The notes under the pieces were generated by a model. That model had not been told where the DNA came from. It did not search any database and saw nothing but the letters and a program-made list of their open reading frames with translations. This document shows positions 25,983 through 35,628 of a DNA stretch of 64,000 nucleotides, in pieces. How positions within the stretch are numbered: position 1 is the first letter of the stretch; every line of letters begins with the position of its first letter. Source of the stretch: Thermoanaerobaculia bacterium (GTDB taxonomy: Bacteria > Acidobacteriota > Thermoanaerobaculia > Multivoradales > UBA5704); the NCBI GenBank assembly GCA_036002325.1, contig DASYTJ010000087.1, forward strand, positions 149,188 to 213,187, read 5' to 3'. The position numbers and the translations under genes were made by a program.

Positions 25983-26399
25983 ATGCCCGAGCTAGCAGCA
26001 CAGTCTATCGCCTCAACCCGCATCCTGCCGCCGCCCGCCCGCTACCCCTACACCGGATGGGAGACGGCCTGCGTCTTCAGGGAGACGTTCCTTTCCTGGC
26101 TGACGCCGCCCGGAGCCGCCAACGCCTTCCGGACGGTCGGCAATCTGTTCTTCGACCTAATGCTGAATGCCGACGACTGGCCGATGCCCTCGGAGTCGCC
26201 TGTCCGGCGCGAGCTGCGCGCCGCCGCTCAGGATCTCCGTTTCGTCCAGGGCTGGCTGGCGACGGCCCTGGAGACGAACGACATGAAGCAGATGCACCCG
26301 GAGGACGCGTACTTCCTGCGGCTCGCGGGACGACTCGCCCCGCAGGTCGGCCGCATCGCCGCCACGATCGAAACCGCGCTCGGGGAGGAACTGCGATGA
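25983..26399 (+). CDS. Hypothetical protein (transposon cargo 1)
   Basis: 138 aa, preceded by CAGGAGGA about 9 nt upstream. Its stop overlaps the next ORF start (ATGA). Confidence 0.4.
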   Translation: MPELAAQSIASTRILPPPARYPYTGWETACVFRETFLSWLTPPGAANAFRTVGNLFFDLMLNADDWPMPSESPVRRELRAAAQDLRFVQGWLATALETNDMKQMHPEDAYFLRLAGRLAPQVGRIAATIETALGEELR

Positions 26400-26632
26400 G
26401 TTGGGCCAGCAAACCGAGCTACCCGCATGACGCCTTGAACACGCTTACGATACGGGCGACCGACCGCCAACTCGCGAACTGGACGATGGAAGCGAAGCGC
26501 ACCGGCAGGGCTCGCGGCGCCGCAATCGCCTACCTCGCGGATCTCGGCTGCACGTTTCTCCAGGCGTGGCGGGACACCAACTACGATTGGGCCTGCGCTA
26601 TGGAGCAAGGCCCGATCACGAAGCACGACTGA
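26396..26632 (+). CDS. Small ribbon-helix-helix-like protein (cargo 2)
   Basis: 78 aa. NTLTIRATDRQLANWTMEAKRTG-RARGAAIAYLADLG fits a beta-strand / helix / helix RHH layout. It is translationally coupled to cargo 1. Confidence 0.35.
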   Translation: MSWASKPSYPHDALNTLTIRATDRQLANWTMEAKRTGRARGAAIAYLADLGCTFLQAWRDTNYDWACAMEQGPITKHD

Positions 26633-27062
26633 TTCAGGGACGGGCGGCATCTTCGGGTGCCGCCCGTGTTACCATCGAAGCCATGGAACACGACCCCGCC
26701 ATCCGCCCGAAGCGCCCCCGCGACCCGTTCAAGGCGGCTCACGAGATCTTCCGGGAAGCTATCGGCGAGAAGCCGCGCACCGAACCCCGCCCCAAGAAGC
26801 GCCCTTCCTCAAAGAAGCCCGCCGGCAAGCCTGAGTCGAACCGTAACACGGCCTGACGTTTTTTGGCTCCCCGAGTGTCTTGAAAACCTGACTTAGGTGG
26901 TATAATCGCGCCGTAAAAGCAGGGCGGGGCCGCCCGCGTGGGGCGGGCGGTTCCCTAAAACTTGTGGCGCAGCTCCCTCGGACCGAGGGATGGAAGTCGT
27001 GGACGCCTTCCATCCTGCCAAAAATCACTGCTCCGAGTCAAGAGCCGGAAAGGAGCAGTACT

Positions 27063-27395
27063 ATGTCAGTTTCCTGGTTAGGCTATGACTTCGATGTCTA
27101 CGACCCCCTAACAACCACGTGGAACGACGTGGGCGGCGTCTACATTTTCGCCGGCACAAACCACCAGAACGAATGGGCTCCCCTGTACATTGGACAGGCG
27201 GACAGCTTCCACAATCGCATCCCATGCCATGAAAGGTGGGCCGAGGCGGCGCTGCTGGGGGCCACCCATGTTCACGCGATGACGGTTCCGCAGGCGGCCA
27301 ACCGGGCAAGGATCGAGCATGAATTGTGTTTGGCCTATCAGCCGCCTTTGAATACCCAGCTTCGTTCGTTGGCCGGCTTCCGTCGCGGGGCGTAA
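27063..27395 (+). CDS. GIY-YIG-like nuclease-domain protein (cargo)
   Basis: 110 aa. GVY...(14)...YIG, then R 8 residues later, then an IEHE..N signature. AGGAG lies 8 nt upstream. An AT-rich consensus promoter TTGAAA-N17-TATAAT sits at ~26879-26907 upstream. Confidence 0.45.
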   Translation: MSVSWLGYDFDVYDPLTTTWNDVGGVYIFAGTNHQNEWAPLYIGQADSFHNRIPCHERWAEAALLGATHVHAMTVPQAANRARIEHELCLAYQPPLNTQLRSLAGFRRGA

Positions 27396-27497
27396 TTCGG
27401 AAGTAGGTAAGCGTTTCCTGGAGCCGCTGAAGAGTCGCAAGCTCTCCGTCACTCTGCGGCTCCAGGCACAGTGCGCGCCGCCGCCAATACACGCGCA

Positions 27498-28454
27498 TTA
27501 CGCCGCCTCCCTCTGTTGTTTCTTGTATGGCCCGCGCTTCCTCCCGGTCACGGTATCGGGTAGAAGCGCGACCATTTCCTCAACACTCCACAGGTGCGCC
27601 GTCACCCCCGCCGCCATGGCCGGGGTGACGCGGAGGGAGCGGTGGATGCGCACGTAGTTGTAGTGGAACGTGAAAAGCCCGAACGCCGCGACGTGGTTCC
27701 GCAGCATCTTGGAGAAACCGTTCGTGAGGCGGGTGTAGCGGCGCATCATCATCCGCACCGTCAGGTTGCTCCGCTCCACTAGGGACGTGCTGATAGCGGA
27801 CTTGTCGGGATCTCCGGTGATGACCGCCTTCATCTGCCGGACGCACGGCTGCGGGCTGTAGCGGTGGTCGGGATCGGGCGGACCGGCCTTGAACTCCTTC
27901 ACGAGCTGCGCGAAGTCCACCTCGGAGCCAAACGCCGTTTCGACCGCTTCCAGGTACATGCGGTGTCCGTCCGTCACCAGCATAACGCGGTGCGCGAGCC
28001 GAGAGGCGAGGTCGCGCATGAATACCGTTGCATGCTCCGCGTCCCGGTGGCCGATGTGGAAGGCCGGGATCAGCTTCGACACCGGGTCAACGGCGGTGAA
28101 GGCCCACAGATCGCCGTAACCGAGGACGCCAACGTTCTCGGGCCGGACATTCTTCGCCTTGCAGCGGCAGAACGCCCAAATCTCGTCCACCTCCAGGCGG
28201 CGGCACTGGAGGCTCCGCAGGTTCTCGTCCATGTAGCGGATGCACTCTTCTCCCAGGTCCAAGCCGAGCTTTGCTACCGCATCGTAGGAGACACCCACCA
28301 GACGGGACGTGGCGCGGAGAGAATTCCCCTCGCACAGAGCCGCAGCGATGGCGGCGCGCTTTGCCGGTTTGAGGACGTTCGCCACGGCCAGAATTTTACA
28401 GCTAAGCCTATGAAAAATCAAGGACTTAGGCCGAAAAATCGGGAGGATTTTCAA
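27498..28454 (-). CDS. IS1-family transposase (fused InsA-InsB type)
   Basis: 318 aa. The N-terminal HTH resembles InsA (RAAIAAALCEGNSLRATSRLVGVSYDAVAKL). The DDE region resembles InsB (RLEVDEIWAFCRCKAKNV...LVTDGHRMYLEAVETAF). The gene starts 43 bp inside the right IR (IR inner end 28497). Confidence 0.85.
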   Translation of the reverse strand: MKILPIFRPKSLIFHRLSCKILAVANVLKPAKRAAIAAALCEGNSLRATSRLVGVSYDAVAKLGLDLGEECIRYMDENLRSLQCRRLEVDEIWAFCRCKAKNVRPENVGVLGYGDLWAFTAVDPVSKLIPAFHIGHRDAEHATVFMRDLASRLAHRVMLVTDGHRMYLEAVETAFGSEVDFAQLVKEFKAGPPDPDHRYSPQPCVRQMKAVITGDPDKSAISTSLVERSNLTVRMMMRRYTRLTNGFSKMLRNHVAAFGLFTFHYNYVRIHRSLRVTPAMAAGVTAHLWSVEEMVALLPDTVTGRKRGPYKKQQREAA

Positions 28455-28624
28455 GGCTTCTTCTTGGCAAAAAGCGTGCCGAGATCGGTGCTTTAAATTT
28501 CAAAACCGCGCACTACCATCGCCTGCCCCCGTACGCCGCCGTACGAATCTCGTCTATCTCGCGGCCGCCGCTCTCCCGCGATTCGTACGTGCGCTAGACT
28601 TTGCCCCATCCGAGGAAGGCCGCC

Positions 28625-29596
28625 ATGGCTGTCAGCGAACCCATAGCTCCGATCTCCGCCGACGATCCGAACCGCGATCTCGGTTTCGGCGCCGTCGTCG
28701 TCCGCGAGAGCCGCAAGCGGCTGCTCAACCGGGACGGCAGCTTCAACGTCGTGCGCGAGGGCTTAAGCTTCTTCCAGACGCTCAGCCCCTACCACTTCCT
28801 CCTCACCACGTCCTGGCCGCGCTTTCTCGGGCTCATCGTCCTCTTCTTCCTGGTGACCAATACCGTCTTCGGGCTAGCCTACTTCGCCTGCGGCCCGGGA
28901 CAGATCGCGGGCTCGAATGCGACTCGCCTTCATAGTCAGTTCCTCGAGGACTTCTTCTTCAGCGTGCAGACCTTCGCCACCATCGGCTATGGGGGGATGC
29001 ATCCGGTCGGGCTGGCGGCAAACCTGCTGGTCACCCTGGAGTCGCTGGTGGGACTGTTGGGCTTCGCCCTCGCCACCGGCATCCTCTTCGCCCGCTTCTC
29101 GCAGCCGACGGCGAAGATCCTCTTCAGCAAGAACGCCATCATCGCTCCATACCGCGGCATCACCGCCTTCGAGTTCCGCATCGCCAACGCGCGGAGCAAC
29201 GAGATGATCCAGGTCGAGGCCCGCGTGCTGCTCAGCCGTTTCAGGCCCGACGGCGGCGGCAATCGCGATTTCATCCCTCTCAAGCTGGAGCGCGACAAGG
29301 TGGTGTTCTTCCCGCTCGCCTGGACCATCGTCCATCCCATCGACGAGGAGAGCCCGCTCTGGGGGGCCACTCGCGAGGACTTGAAGAATTGGGACGCGGA
29401 GTTCCTGGTGCTGCTCTCCGGGATCGACGAGACTTTCTCGCAGACGGTCCACACCCGCTCGTCCTACAAGGCCAGCGAGATCATCTGGGGCGCCCGCTTC
29501 GCGAACCTCTTCAACTCCCCGAAGCCGGACGGAACCCTGTCCATCGACGTCGGCCGGCTGCATCAGGTCGAGAAGGTGTTGCCGCCGGCGAGGTGA
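28625..29596 (+). CDS. Inward-rectifier-type (KirBac-like) potassium channel
   Basis: Two TM helices flank a pore loop with the TIGYG selectivity filter, plus a Kir-type cytoplasmic domain. ATG 28625 has GAGGAAGG upstream; an alternative ATG lies at 28601. Confidence 0.8.
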   Translation: MAVSEPIAPISADDPNRDLGFGAVVVRESRKRLLNRDGSFNVVREGLSFFQTLSPYHFLLTTSWPRFLGLIVLFFLVTNTVFGLAYFACGPGQIAGSNATRLHSQFLEDFFFSVQTFATIGYGGMHPVGLAANLLVTLESLVGLLGFALATGILFARFSQPTAKILFSKNAIIAPYRGITAFEFRIANARSNEMIQVEARVLLSRFRPDGGGNRDFIPLKLERDKVVFFPLAWTIVHPIDEESPLWGATREDLKNWDAEFLVLLSGIDETFSQTVHTRSSYKASEIIWGARFANLFNSPKPDGTLSIDVGRLHQVEKVLPPAR

Positions 29597-29603
29597 CCCC
29601 AGC

Positions 29604-30506
29604 TCACTCCACGCCGAGATCGACGTCGCGGTCCAGCGCCGCCAGCACGGCCTTGTTCTCGCGCCAGTCGGGCTCCAGGCGGACGTTGAGGTCGAGATAG
29701 ACGCGGCGCTCGAGATACTGCTCGAGGTCGAGGCGGGCGGCGGTGCCGATCGCCTTGATCATCTGGCCCTGGCGGCCGACGACGATCTTCTTCTGGCCCG
29801 GGCGTTCGACGAGGATGGAGGCGTAGATGCGGATGAGGTCCTTCTCGTCGTCGTCTTCCCAGCGCTCGATGACCACCGCCGTCGTGAAGGGGAGCTCCTC
29901 GCTGGTCAGCTCGAGCACCTTCTCGCGAATGCGCTCGGCGGCCAGGAACCGCTCGGGGTGGATGGTCAGCAGCTCCGGATCGAACAGGGGCTCCCCCTCG
30001 GGGAGCAGGTTCCAGAGAATGTCGAGCAACCGGTCGCAGTTGTCGCCCTTGGCGGCGCTGATCGGCACGATCTCCGTAAACACGCCGGTCTTGGCGTACT
30101 GCGCGATACGCGGCAGGATCTCGGGCTTCTTGATGCGGTCGATCTTGTTGAGCGCGAGCACCCGCGGACCCTCGGCCTTGCCGACCAGATCGAGGGTATA
30201 GGCGTCGCCCGAGCCGAACCTCTCGGAGACGTCCACCAGCAGGCAGGTGACATCGGCCTCGTTCATGGCGTCCAGGGCGTAACGCACCATCTGCCGGTTC
30301 AAGCGGTGGAGGGGCCGGTGAATGCCGGGGGTGTCGTAGAACACCATCTGGCCGTGCTCGTCCGTGAGGATGCCGACGATGCGGTGCCGGGTGGTCTGCG
30401 GCTTGTTGGAGACGATGGCCAGCTTCTCCTGCAGAAGATGGTTCATCAGGGTCGACTTGCCGGCGTTGGGCCGGCCGACCAGGGCGATGGTGCCGGACTT
30501 GGCCAT
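29604..30506 (-). CDS. era: GTPase Era
   Basis: GRPNAGKST P-loop, DTPG, NKID motifs and a KH domain. 300 aa. Confidence 0.9.
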   Translation of the reverse strand: MAKSGTIALVGRPNAGKSTLMNHLLQEKLAIVSNKPQTTRHRIVGILTDEHGQMVFYDTPGIHRPLHRLNRQMVRYALDAMNEADVTCLLVDVSERFGSGDAYTLDLVGKAEGPRVLALNKIDRIKKPEILPRIAQYAKTGVFTEIVPISAAKGDNCDRLLDILWNLLPEGEPLFDPELLTIHPERFLAAERIREKVLELTSEELPFTTAVVIERWEDDDEKDLIRIYASILVERPGQKKIVVGRQGQMIKAIGTAARLDLEQYLERRVYLDLNVRLEPDWRENKAVLAALDRDVDLGVE

Positions 30507-31792
30507 CAGGCCTCCGCCTCCTGCGCCTCTTCGGCCGCTGCGATCTTCTCCACGCGAACGGTCTGGATGCGGCGGTCGGCGACCCCTTCGACGGTAAAGC
30601 GCAGGCCGTGGCTCTCCACCGTCTCCCCCACCTGCGGCACGTAGCCCAGCACGCTGAAGATCAGGCCGGCCACCGTCTCGTATTCCGGGTCCTCGATCTC
30701 CACGCCGAACAGCTCGTCGAGCAGCTCGATATGGGCACGGCCGTCGAGCCGGTAGGCGCCGTTCTCCAGCGGTTCCAGCTCGGCCGCCAGCGCCTCGTGC
30801 TCGTCCATGATCTCGCCGACGATCTCCTCGAGAAGGTCTTCCACGGTCACCAACCCGGCCGTGCCGCCGTACTCGTCCACCACGATCGCCACCTGCTGAA
30901 AGCGTGCCTGCAGCTCCCGCAGCAGCTCGGAGAGCAGCTTGGTCTCGGGGATGAAGAGCGCCGGCTTCAGCAATTCGCGCACGGCGGGCGGCTCGGGGCT
31001 GCGGACGGCGCGCAGCACGTCACGGATATGCAGGATGCCGATGACGTGGTCGATCGAGTCCTCATAGATCGGCAGGCGCGAATGGCCGGACTCGATGAAG
31101 CGGTCGGCCAGGGCGTCGAGGCCGGAGTCGACCGGAGCGCAGATCATATCGATGCGCGGCGTCATCACGCTGCGCGCCTGAGTATCGCTGAAGCCGACGA
31201 TACCCCACAGCCACTCCCCCTCCTCGGGCTCCAGGATGCCTTCACGAGTGCCCACGTCGATGAACGCCTCGATCTCTTCGTCGGAGGCTTCGGTCTCCTC
31301 TCCTTCCTCATGACGCAGGAAAGCCTCGGTGGGGACGAGCGGCCCGAGAACCGCCACCAAGGGCGAGAGCACCCACAGCGCCACGCGGTAGATCCGGGTC
31401 AAGGAGCGGAGCGCTCGCTCCGGGTCCTGCCCCACCAGGGTGCGGTTGAAGGCCTCGGTCGCCGCGATGAGCAGCACGACGACGGCGAGCGCCCAGAGGA
31501 CCGGGTAGGCGCGATGCCAGCGAGCCAGCAGCGCGGCCAGGAGCGCTGCGAAGACGACGGGGAGCGTCCGGGCGAGCAGCGACAGAAGGTAACGGAAGAC
31601 CCCGAAGCGGACGGGCGCCGCCGACAGCGCCAGCAGCGAGCCGCCGGCCTCCTCGGCCCAGTGGCGGAGCCGGATCGGACCGCTGCGCTCCAGCAGAGCC
31701 GAGAGCACCGCCGCCAGCACCGCCAGAGGAGCCACCAGCGCCAGTCCCCAGAGCAGGATGCCCGGCGAGAGCAGCGCGTCGTCGTCAGTCAT
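30506..31792 (-). CDS. CorC/HlyC (CNNM) family transporter-associated protein (DUF21 + CBS pair + CorC_HlyC)
   Basis: Start [14 protein letters not shown]; four TM helices, then CBS domains, then a C-terminal transporter-associated domain. The ORF-track N-terminal extension to 31927 overlaps ybeY and is unlikely to be real. Confidence 0.8.
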   Translation of the reverse strand: MTDDDALLSPGILLWGLALVAPLAVLAAVLSALLERSGPIRLRHWAEEAGGSLLALSAAPVRFGVFRYLLSLLARTLPVVFAALLAALLARWHRAYPVLWALAVVVLLIAATEAFNRTLVGQDPERALRSLTRIYRVALWVLSPLVAVLGPLVPTEAFLRHEEGEETEASDEEIEAFIDVGTREGILEPEEGEWLWGIVGFSDTQARSVMTPRIDMICAPVDSGLDALADRFIESGHSRLPIYEDSIDHVIGILHIRDVLRAVRSPEPPAVRELLKPALFIPETKLLSELLRELQARFQQVAIVVDEYGGTAGLVTVEDLLEEIVGEIMDEHEALAAELEPLENGAYRLDGRAHIELLDELFGVEIEDPEYETVAGLIFSVLGYVPQVGETVESHGLRFTVEGVADRRIQTVRVEKIAAAEEAQEAEA

Positions 31793-32225
31793 GTCCTTCC
31801 CCGCGCAGCCAGGTCCGGCGCAGCCGCCGCTCCAGCCGCTCCATCTCCCCCTCGTCCGTCTCGTGATCGTAGCCCAGACAGTGCAGGACGCCGTGCAGCA
31901 GCAAGGTCTTGAGCTCGCGGTCCACATCGTGCCCGGCCGCCGCGGCCTGGCGGCGCGCCGTGGGAACCGAGATCAGAATGTCCCCCAGGTGCCCGGCTTC
32001 TCCCGGAAAGGAAAGAACGTCGGTGGTCCTGTCCTTGCCGCGGAAATGACGGTTGACGCGCCGCATCTCGCGGTCGCCCACGAAACGCACGCCGAGGCTC
32101 TCCGCCCGCGGCGCCAGCGACGACGCCAAGGCCGCGAGCCACGGGCGCAGCCGGCGCGTTGCGGCCTCCGGATAGTGGTTGGGGTTCTGCAGGACGAGCT
32201 CGGTGGGTTGGGCCGGATCGTTCAC
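31785..32225 (-). CDS. ybeY: rRNA maturation endoribonuclease YbeY
   Basis: HGVLHCLGYDHETDEGE metal-binding motif. 146 aa. Confidence 0.85.
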   Translation of the reverse strand: MNDPAQPTELVLQNPNHYPEAATRRLRPWLAALASSLAPRAESLGVRFVGDREMRRVNRHFRGKDRTTDVLSFPGEAGHLGDILISVPTARRQAAAAGHDVDRELKTLLLHGVLHCLGYDHETDEGEMERLERRLRRTWLRGEGHD

Positions 32226-32238
32226 GGATTGTTTACGT

Positions 32239-34602
32239 TCAGGAGGCCTGACGGATCGTTCTCTTCTCCCGTTTCGGCCCGGCGTTGAAATCGAAGCCAG
32301 GGTAATCGATCCGCTGGTGGAAGATGTTGGCGAGCACCCGGTCGAACGATTCCGAGACGGTGCGCAGGTCCGACAGGGTCAGGTCGGTGTAGTCGAGCTG
32401 GCCATCTTGCAGGCAATCGTCGAGAATGGTGCGAATCAGCGCACGGATCTTGGCCGGCGAGGGTTCGGCCAGCGTCCGGCTCGCCGCCTCGACGGCGTCG
32501 GCGAGCATGAGCACTCCCATGACCTTGTTCCGCGGCCGCGGCCCCGGGTAACGGTACTTCTCCTCGGTCACGTCGCCGGGGTCCCCCTTCTGCTCGACCG
32601 CCCGGCTGTAGAAGAAGCGCATCAGGCGCGTGCCATGGTGCTGGCGGATGGCGTCCTCGATCACCCGCGGCAGGTTGTGCTGCCGCGCCAGCTCCACTCC
32701 CTCCTTGATGTGGTTGATGAGGATCAGCGCGCTCATCGACGGCAGCAGCTTGTCGTGGCGGTTGTGGCCGGGACGCTGGTTCTCGATGAAGTAGTCGGGG
32801 CGCAGCACCTTTCCCACGTCGTGGTAGAGACCCGCCGCGTAGGCCAGCACCGGGTCGGCGCCGATCGCCTCGCAGCCTTCCTTGGCCAGATTGGCCACCA
32901 TCAGGGAGTGTTGGAAGGTGCCGGGGGCTTCGAAGGCCAGACGCCGCAGCAGCGGCAGGTTGGTGTTGGAGAGCTCCACCAGCTTGATGTCGGTGGTGAG
33001 CCCCAGCAGCCACTCCAGGATCGGCAGGGCGAAGCTCGCCGCGGCGGTGACCAGGAAGCCGCCGGCCAGGGCGCAGACGAGGTCGAAGCTCACCTGCATG
33101 GAGCTGCGGTCCGCGGCGGGCAGCGCGGTCAGGACCAGCACCATCACCACATTGACGGCTCCCACCACCAGACCGACGCGGGCGATAACCAGACGATAGC
33201 GGAACTGGGCGTGGTCGAGCGTATGAATCGCCGCCAGCGAGCCGGCGAGGCTGTAGAAGACCACCCACAGGCCGTCGCCGTCGATGGTCAGGCGAGAGGA
33301 AAGCACCGAGAAGAGAACCGCGAGCACGAGGGCGGATCTGCGTCCCAGCAGCAGGGTCGCCAGCAGGGCGAGGGAAGCGAAGGGGATGGCGTAGGCCCAG
33401 CTCCGGACCGAGTTGAAGGGCACAGCCTCGAACGCACCGGAGAGGGCGTTGGCCACCAGGAACGAAAACTTCGCCGCCAGCAGCGACAAGAGAAGAAGCA
33501 GCAGGCTCTCGCAGAACAGCCGATCGCGGCTGTGGTCCGCCACCCGCTCTTCCCTCTCCGCGAACCAGATCACCACCGCCACCAGCGACAGCAGCGAGAG
33601 GGTGGCGACGAGAGGCGGGAGCTGCCGCCGGAGCTGCCTTTCGCCGCGCATCTGGGCCAGGATGCGGGCGTGGGCGGCGTCGATCAGGTCGCCCTTGCGG
33701 ACGATCACCTGCCCTTTGCGGATCTGGTTGAAGACCTGCCCGACGGCGGCGGCGGCCGCCGCCTGCCGCACCAGCGTCTCGCTGCGGTTGAGCAGCAGGT
33801 TGGGCGTCAGATTCTCCAGCAGCAGATCGACCAGCAGGCGGCGCTCCAGGGAGGAGTAGCCGCTCCAGCCGCGGACCTCCGACTCGAAGAATTCGCGCGC
33901 CTCGCCGGGATAACCCAGGTTTTCGAAAAGGTCCAGGTGGACCCGCTCACTGCCGGTCGCCAGGTTGCGCAGGGTGATACCCCGCATGCGGTTCTCGAGC
34001 AGCAGATCTTTGTTGGCGACTACGCCGCGCCGTAACGCCTGGGTGAGGGCGCCGCGCAGGCTGTCCTCGAGCTCCGGCGAGAAGCCCTTGCGCAGCAGCA
34101 ACTGGATTCGCGCCGGGGTGAGCTTGAGAGCATCGGGGGATGGCGGCGCCGCCAGCTCGCGGGCGATCGCCTCGCGCGCCGCCTCGGTGCCGCCGCCATC
34201 GGCGGCCGTCCGCGCCAGCAGGCGCCGGCCGCGGGAGAAGAGCTGGGCGATCTGAGCGTCGCGCTCCCCGATCAATCCGGGGTCGAGGTCATAGACCGGC
34301 AGGACGGTCTCGCGGGCGTCCCGCTGCTTGGCCCGGGTGGCCTCCTCGTCGCTGAGCAGCAAATCGCGTGAGGCGACGTAGTCACGGTCGGCGATGGTGC
34401 CCGGTACGGCGCGATTGGAAAACAGGAACGCCCCGGGCAGGAGACACCACGTTCCCAGGACGAGAAACAGAGCGAGCCAGAGGAGGGGCATCTCCACCAT
34501 GCGGTCCCAGGCTTCCCGCGGGCGCAACCGCTTACCGAGGCGGATCGCGCCGGTGACCGGGCGGATCTGGGTGACGGACGTCGTGTCCCTGTCGCGGGCC
34601 AT
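32239..34602 (-). CDS. pgpH: 7TM-HD membrane phosphohydrolase (PgpH/YqfF-like, c-di-AMP phosphodiesterase family)
   Basis: 7 TM helices followed by an HD domain (YHDVGKV ... IRQHHGTRLMRFFY). Sits in the conserved position between phoH and ybeY. Confidence 0.8.
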   Translation of the reverse strand: MARDRDTTSVTQIRPVTGAIRLGKRLRPREAWDRMVEMPLLWLALFLVLGTWCLLPGAFLFSNRAVPGTIADRDYVASRDLLLSDEEATRAKQRDARETVLPVYDLDPGLIGERDAQIAQLFSRGRRLLARTAADGGGTEAAREAIARELAAPPSPDALKLTPARIQLLLRKGFSPELEDSLRGALTQALRRGVVANKDLLLENRMRGITLRNLATGSERVHLDLFENLGYPGEAREFFESEVRGWSGYSSLERRLLVDLLLENLTPNLLLNRSETLVRQAAAAAAVGQVFNQIRKGQVIVRKGDLIDAAHARILAQMRGERQLRRQLPPLVATLSLLSLVAVVIWFAEREERVADHSRDRLFCESLLLLLLSLLAAKFSFLVANALSGAFEAVPFNSVRSWAYAIPFASLALLATLLLGRRSALVLAVLFSVLSSRLTIDGDGLWVVFYSLAGSLAAIHTLDHAQFRYRLVIARVGLVVGAVNVVMVLVLTALPAADRSSMQVSFDLVCALAGGFLVTAAASFALPILEWLLGLTTDIKLVELSNTNLPLLRRLAFEAPGTFQHSLMVANLAKEGCEAIGADPVLAYAAGLYHDVGKVLRPDYFIENQRPGHNRHDKLLPSMSALILINHIKEGVELARQHNLPRVIEDAIRQHHGTRLMRFFYSRAVEQKGDPGDVTEEKYRYPGPRPRNKVMGVLMLADAVEAASRTLAEPSPAKIRALIRTILDDCLQDGQLDYTDLTLSDLRTVSESFDRVLANIFHQRIDYPGFDFNAGPKREKRTIRQAS

Positions 34603-34604
34603 GG

Positions 34605-35570
34605 TCAGAGGCCCATTCGCTCGCTCTTGCGTTTCTCGAAATCGTCGTAGGCGGAGACGATCTTCTGCACCAGGGCGTGACGCACCACGTCCCGCTGGTC
34701 GAAGTAGAAGAACTTGATCCCCTCGACGCCCGAGAGCACCTCCTGAGCCTCGCGCAGACCGGACGTCCGACCCTGGGGCAGATCCACCTGGGTCACGTCG
34801 CCGTTGATCACCGCCTTGGAGTTGAAGCCGATGCGGGTCAGGAACATCTTCATCTGCTCGGTCGTGGTGTTCTGGGCTTCGTCGAGGATAATGAAGCTGT
34901 CGTTGAGCGTGCGGCCGCGCATGAAGGCGATGGGGGCGATCTCGATGATCCCCCGTTCGAGCATCCGTCCCACCTTCTCGTAGCCGATGATGTCGTGCAG
35001 CGCGTCGTGAAGGGGGCGCAGATAGGGATTCACCTTCTCTACCAGGTCGCCGGGGAGGAAGCCGAGCTTCTCGCCGGCCTCGACCGCCGGCCGCGCCAGA
35101 ATGATGCGGCGAACCCGCTTCTCCAGCAGCGCCGCGGCGGCCATGGCCACCGCGAGATAGGTCTTGCCGGTGCCGGCGGGTCCGATCGAGATGACGATGT
35201 CGTGATCGATCATCGCCTGCACGTAGAGCTGCTGCTTGAAGCTGCGGGGCGCCACCAACCGCCGCACCGAAGCGAGCATCCCTTCGGGCAGGAAGAAGCT
35301 CACCAACGACGTCTCCGGCGCCTCGGCGACGACGCGGATCGCCGTCTGCACGTCGCCGGGCCGGAAGCGGTACCCCTTTTCGGTCACGGCTGTGAGCTCC
35401 GCGAGCAGGCGCTCGACGACCTGCACCCGCTCGGGGTCGCCGTTGATGTGGATCTCGCTGCCGCGCGCGGTCAGGGTGACGTCGAAGGTGCGCTCGATAC
35501 GCCGCAGGTTCTCGTCCTGGGTTCCGAAGAGGGTGTCGAGACCCTCTTCGGCGAGAGTGACTTGGGTCAT
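34605..35570 (-). CDS. phoH: PhoH-like ATPase
   Basis: Starts MTQVTLAEEG. Walker A GPAGTGKTYLA; 321 aa. The longer ORF to 35942 is an N-terminal read-through. Confidence 0.85.
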   Translation of the reverse strand: MTQVTLAEEGLDTLFGTQDENLRRIERTFDVTLTARGSEIHINGDPERVQVVERLLAELTAVTEKGYRFRPGDVQTAIRVVAEAPETSLVSFFLPEGMLASVRRLVAPRSFKQQLYVQAMIDHDIVISIGPAGTGKTYLAVAMAAAALLEKRVRRIILARPAVEAGEKLGFLPGDLVEKVNPYLRPLHDALHDIIGYEKVGRMLERGIIEIAPIAFMRGRTLNDSFIILDEAQNTTTEQMKMFLTRIGFNSKAVINGDVTQVDLPQGRTSGLREAQEVLSGVEGIKFFYFDQRDVVRHALVQKIVSAYDDFEKRKSERMGL

Positions 35571-35628
35571 CGCGGTTCGTTTCTCGGGGCCGCTGCCGTC
35601 CCGAAGGACTTCAGTGTAGCAGACCCTC

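Larger units (their letters stand above)
25837..28517. mobile_element. IS1-family-derived transposon with cargo: perfect 21-bp terminal inverted repeats and an 8-bp target-site duplication
   Basis: Left IR GGTAGTGCGCGGTTTTGAAAT (25837-25857) and right IR ATTTCAAAACCGCGCACTACC (28497-28517) are perfect inverted repeats starting GGTAGTG like IS1 ends. They are flanked by identical ATCGCCTG (25829-25836 and 28518-28525). A degenerate internal IR-like site GGCACAGTGCGCGCCG (~27465) lies just past the transposase stop. Confidence 0.8.
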
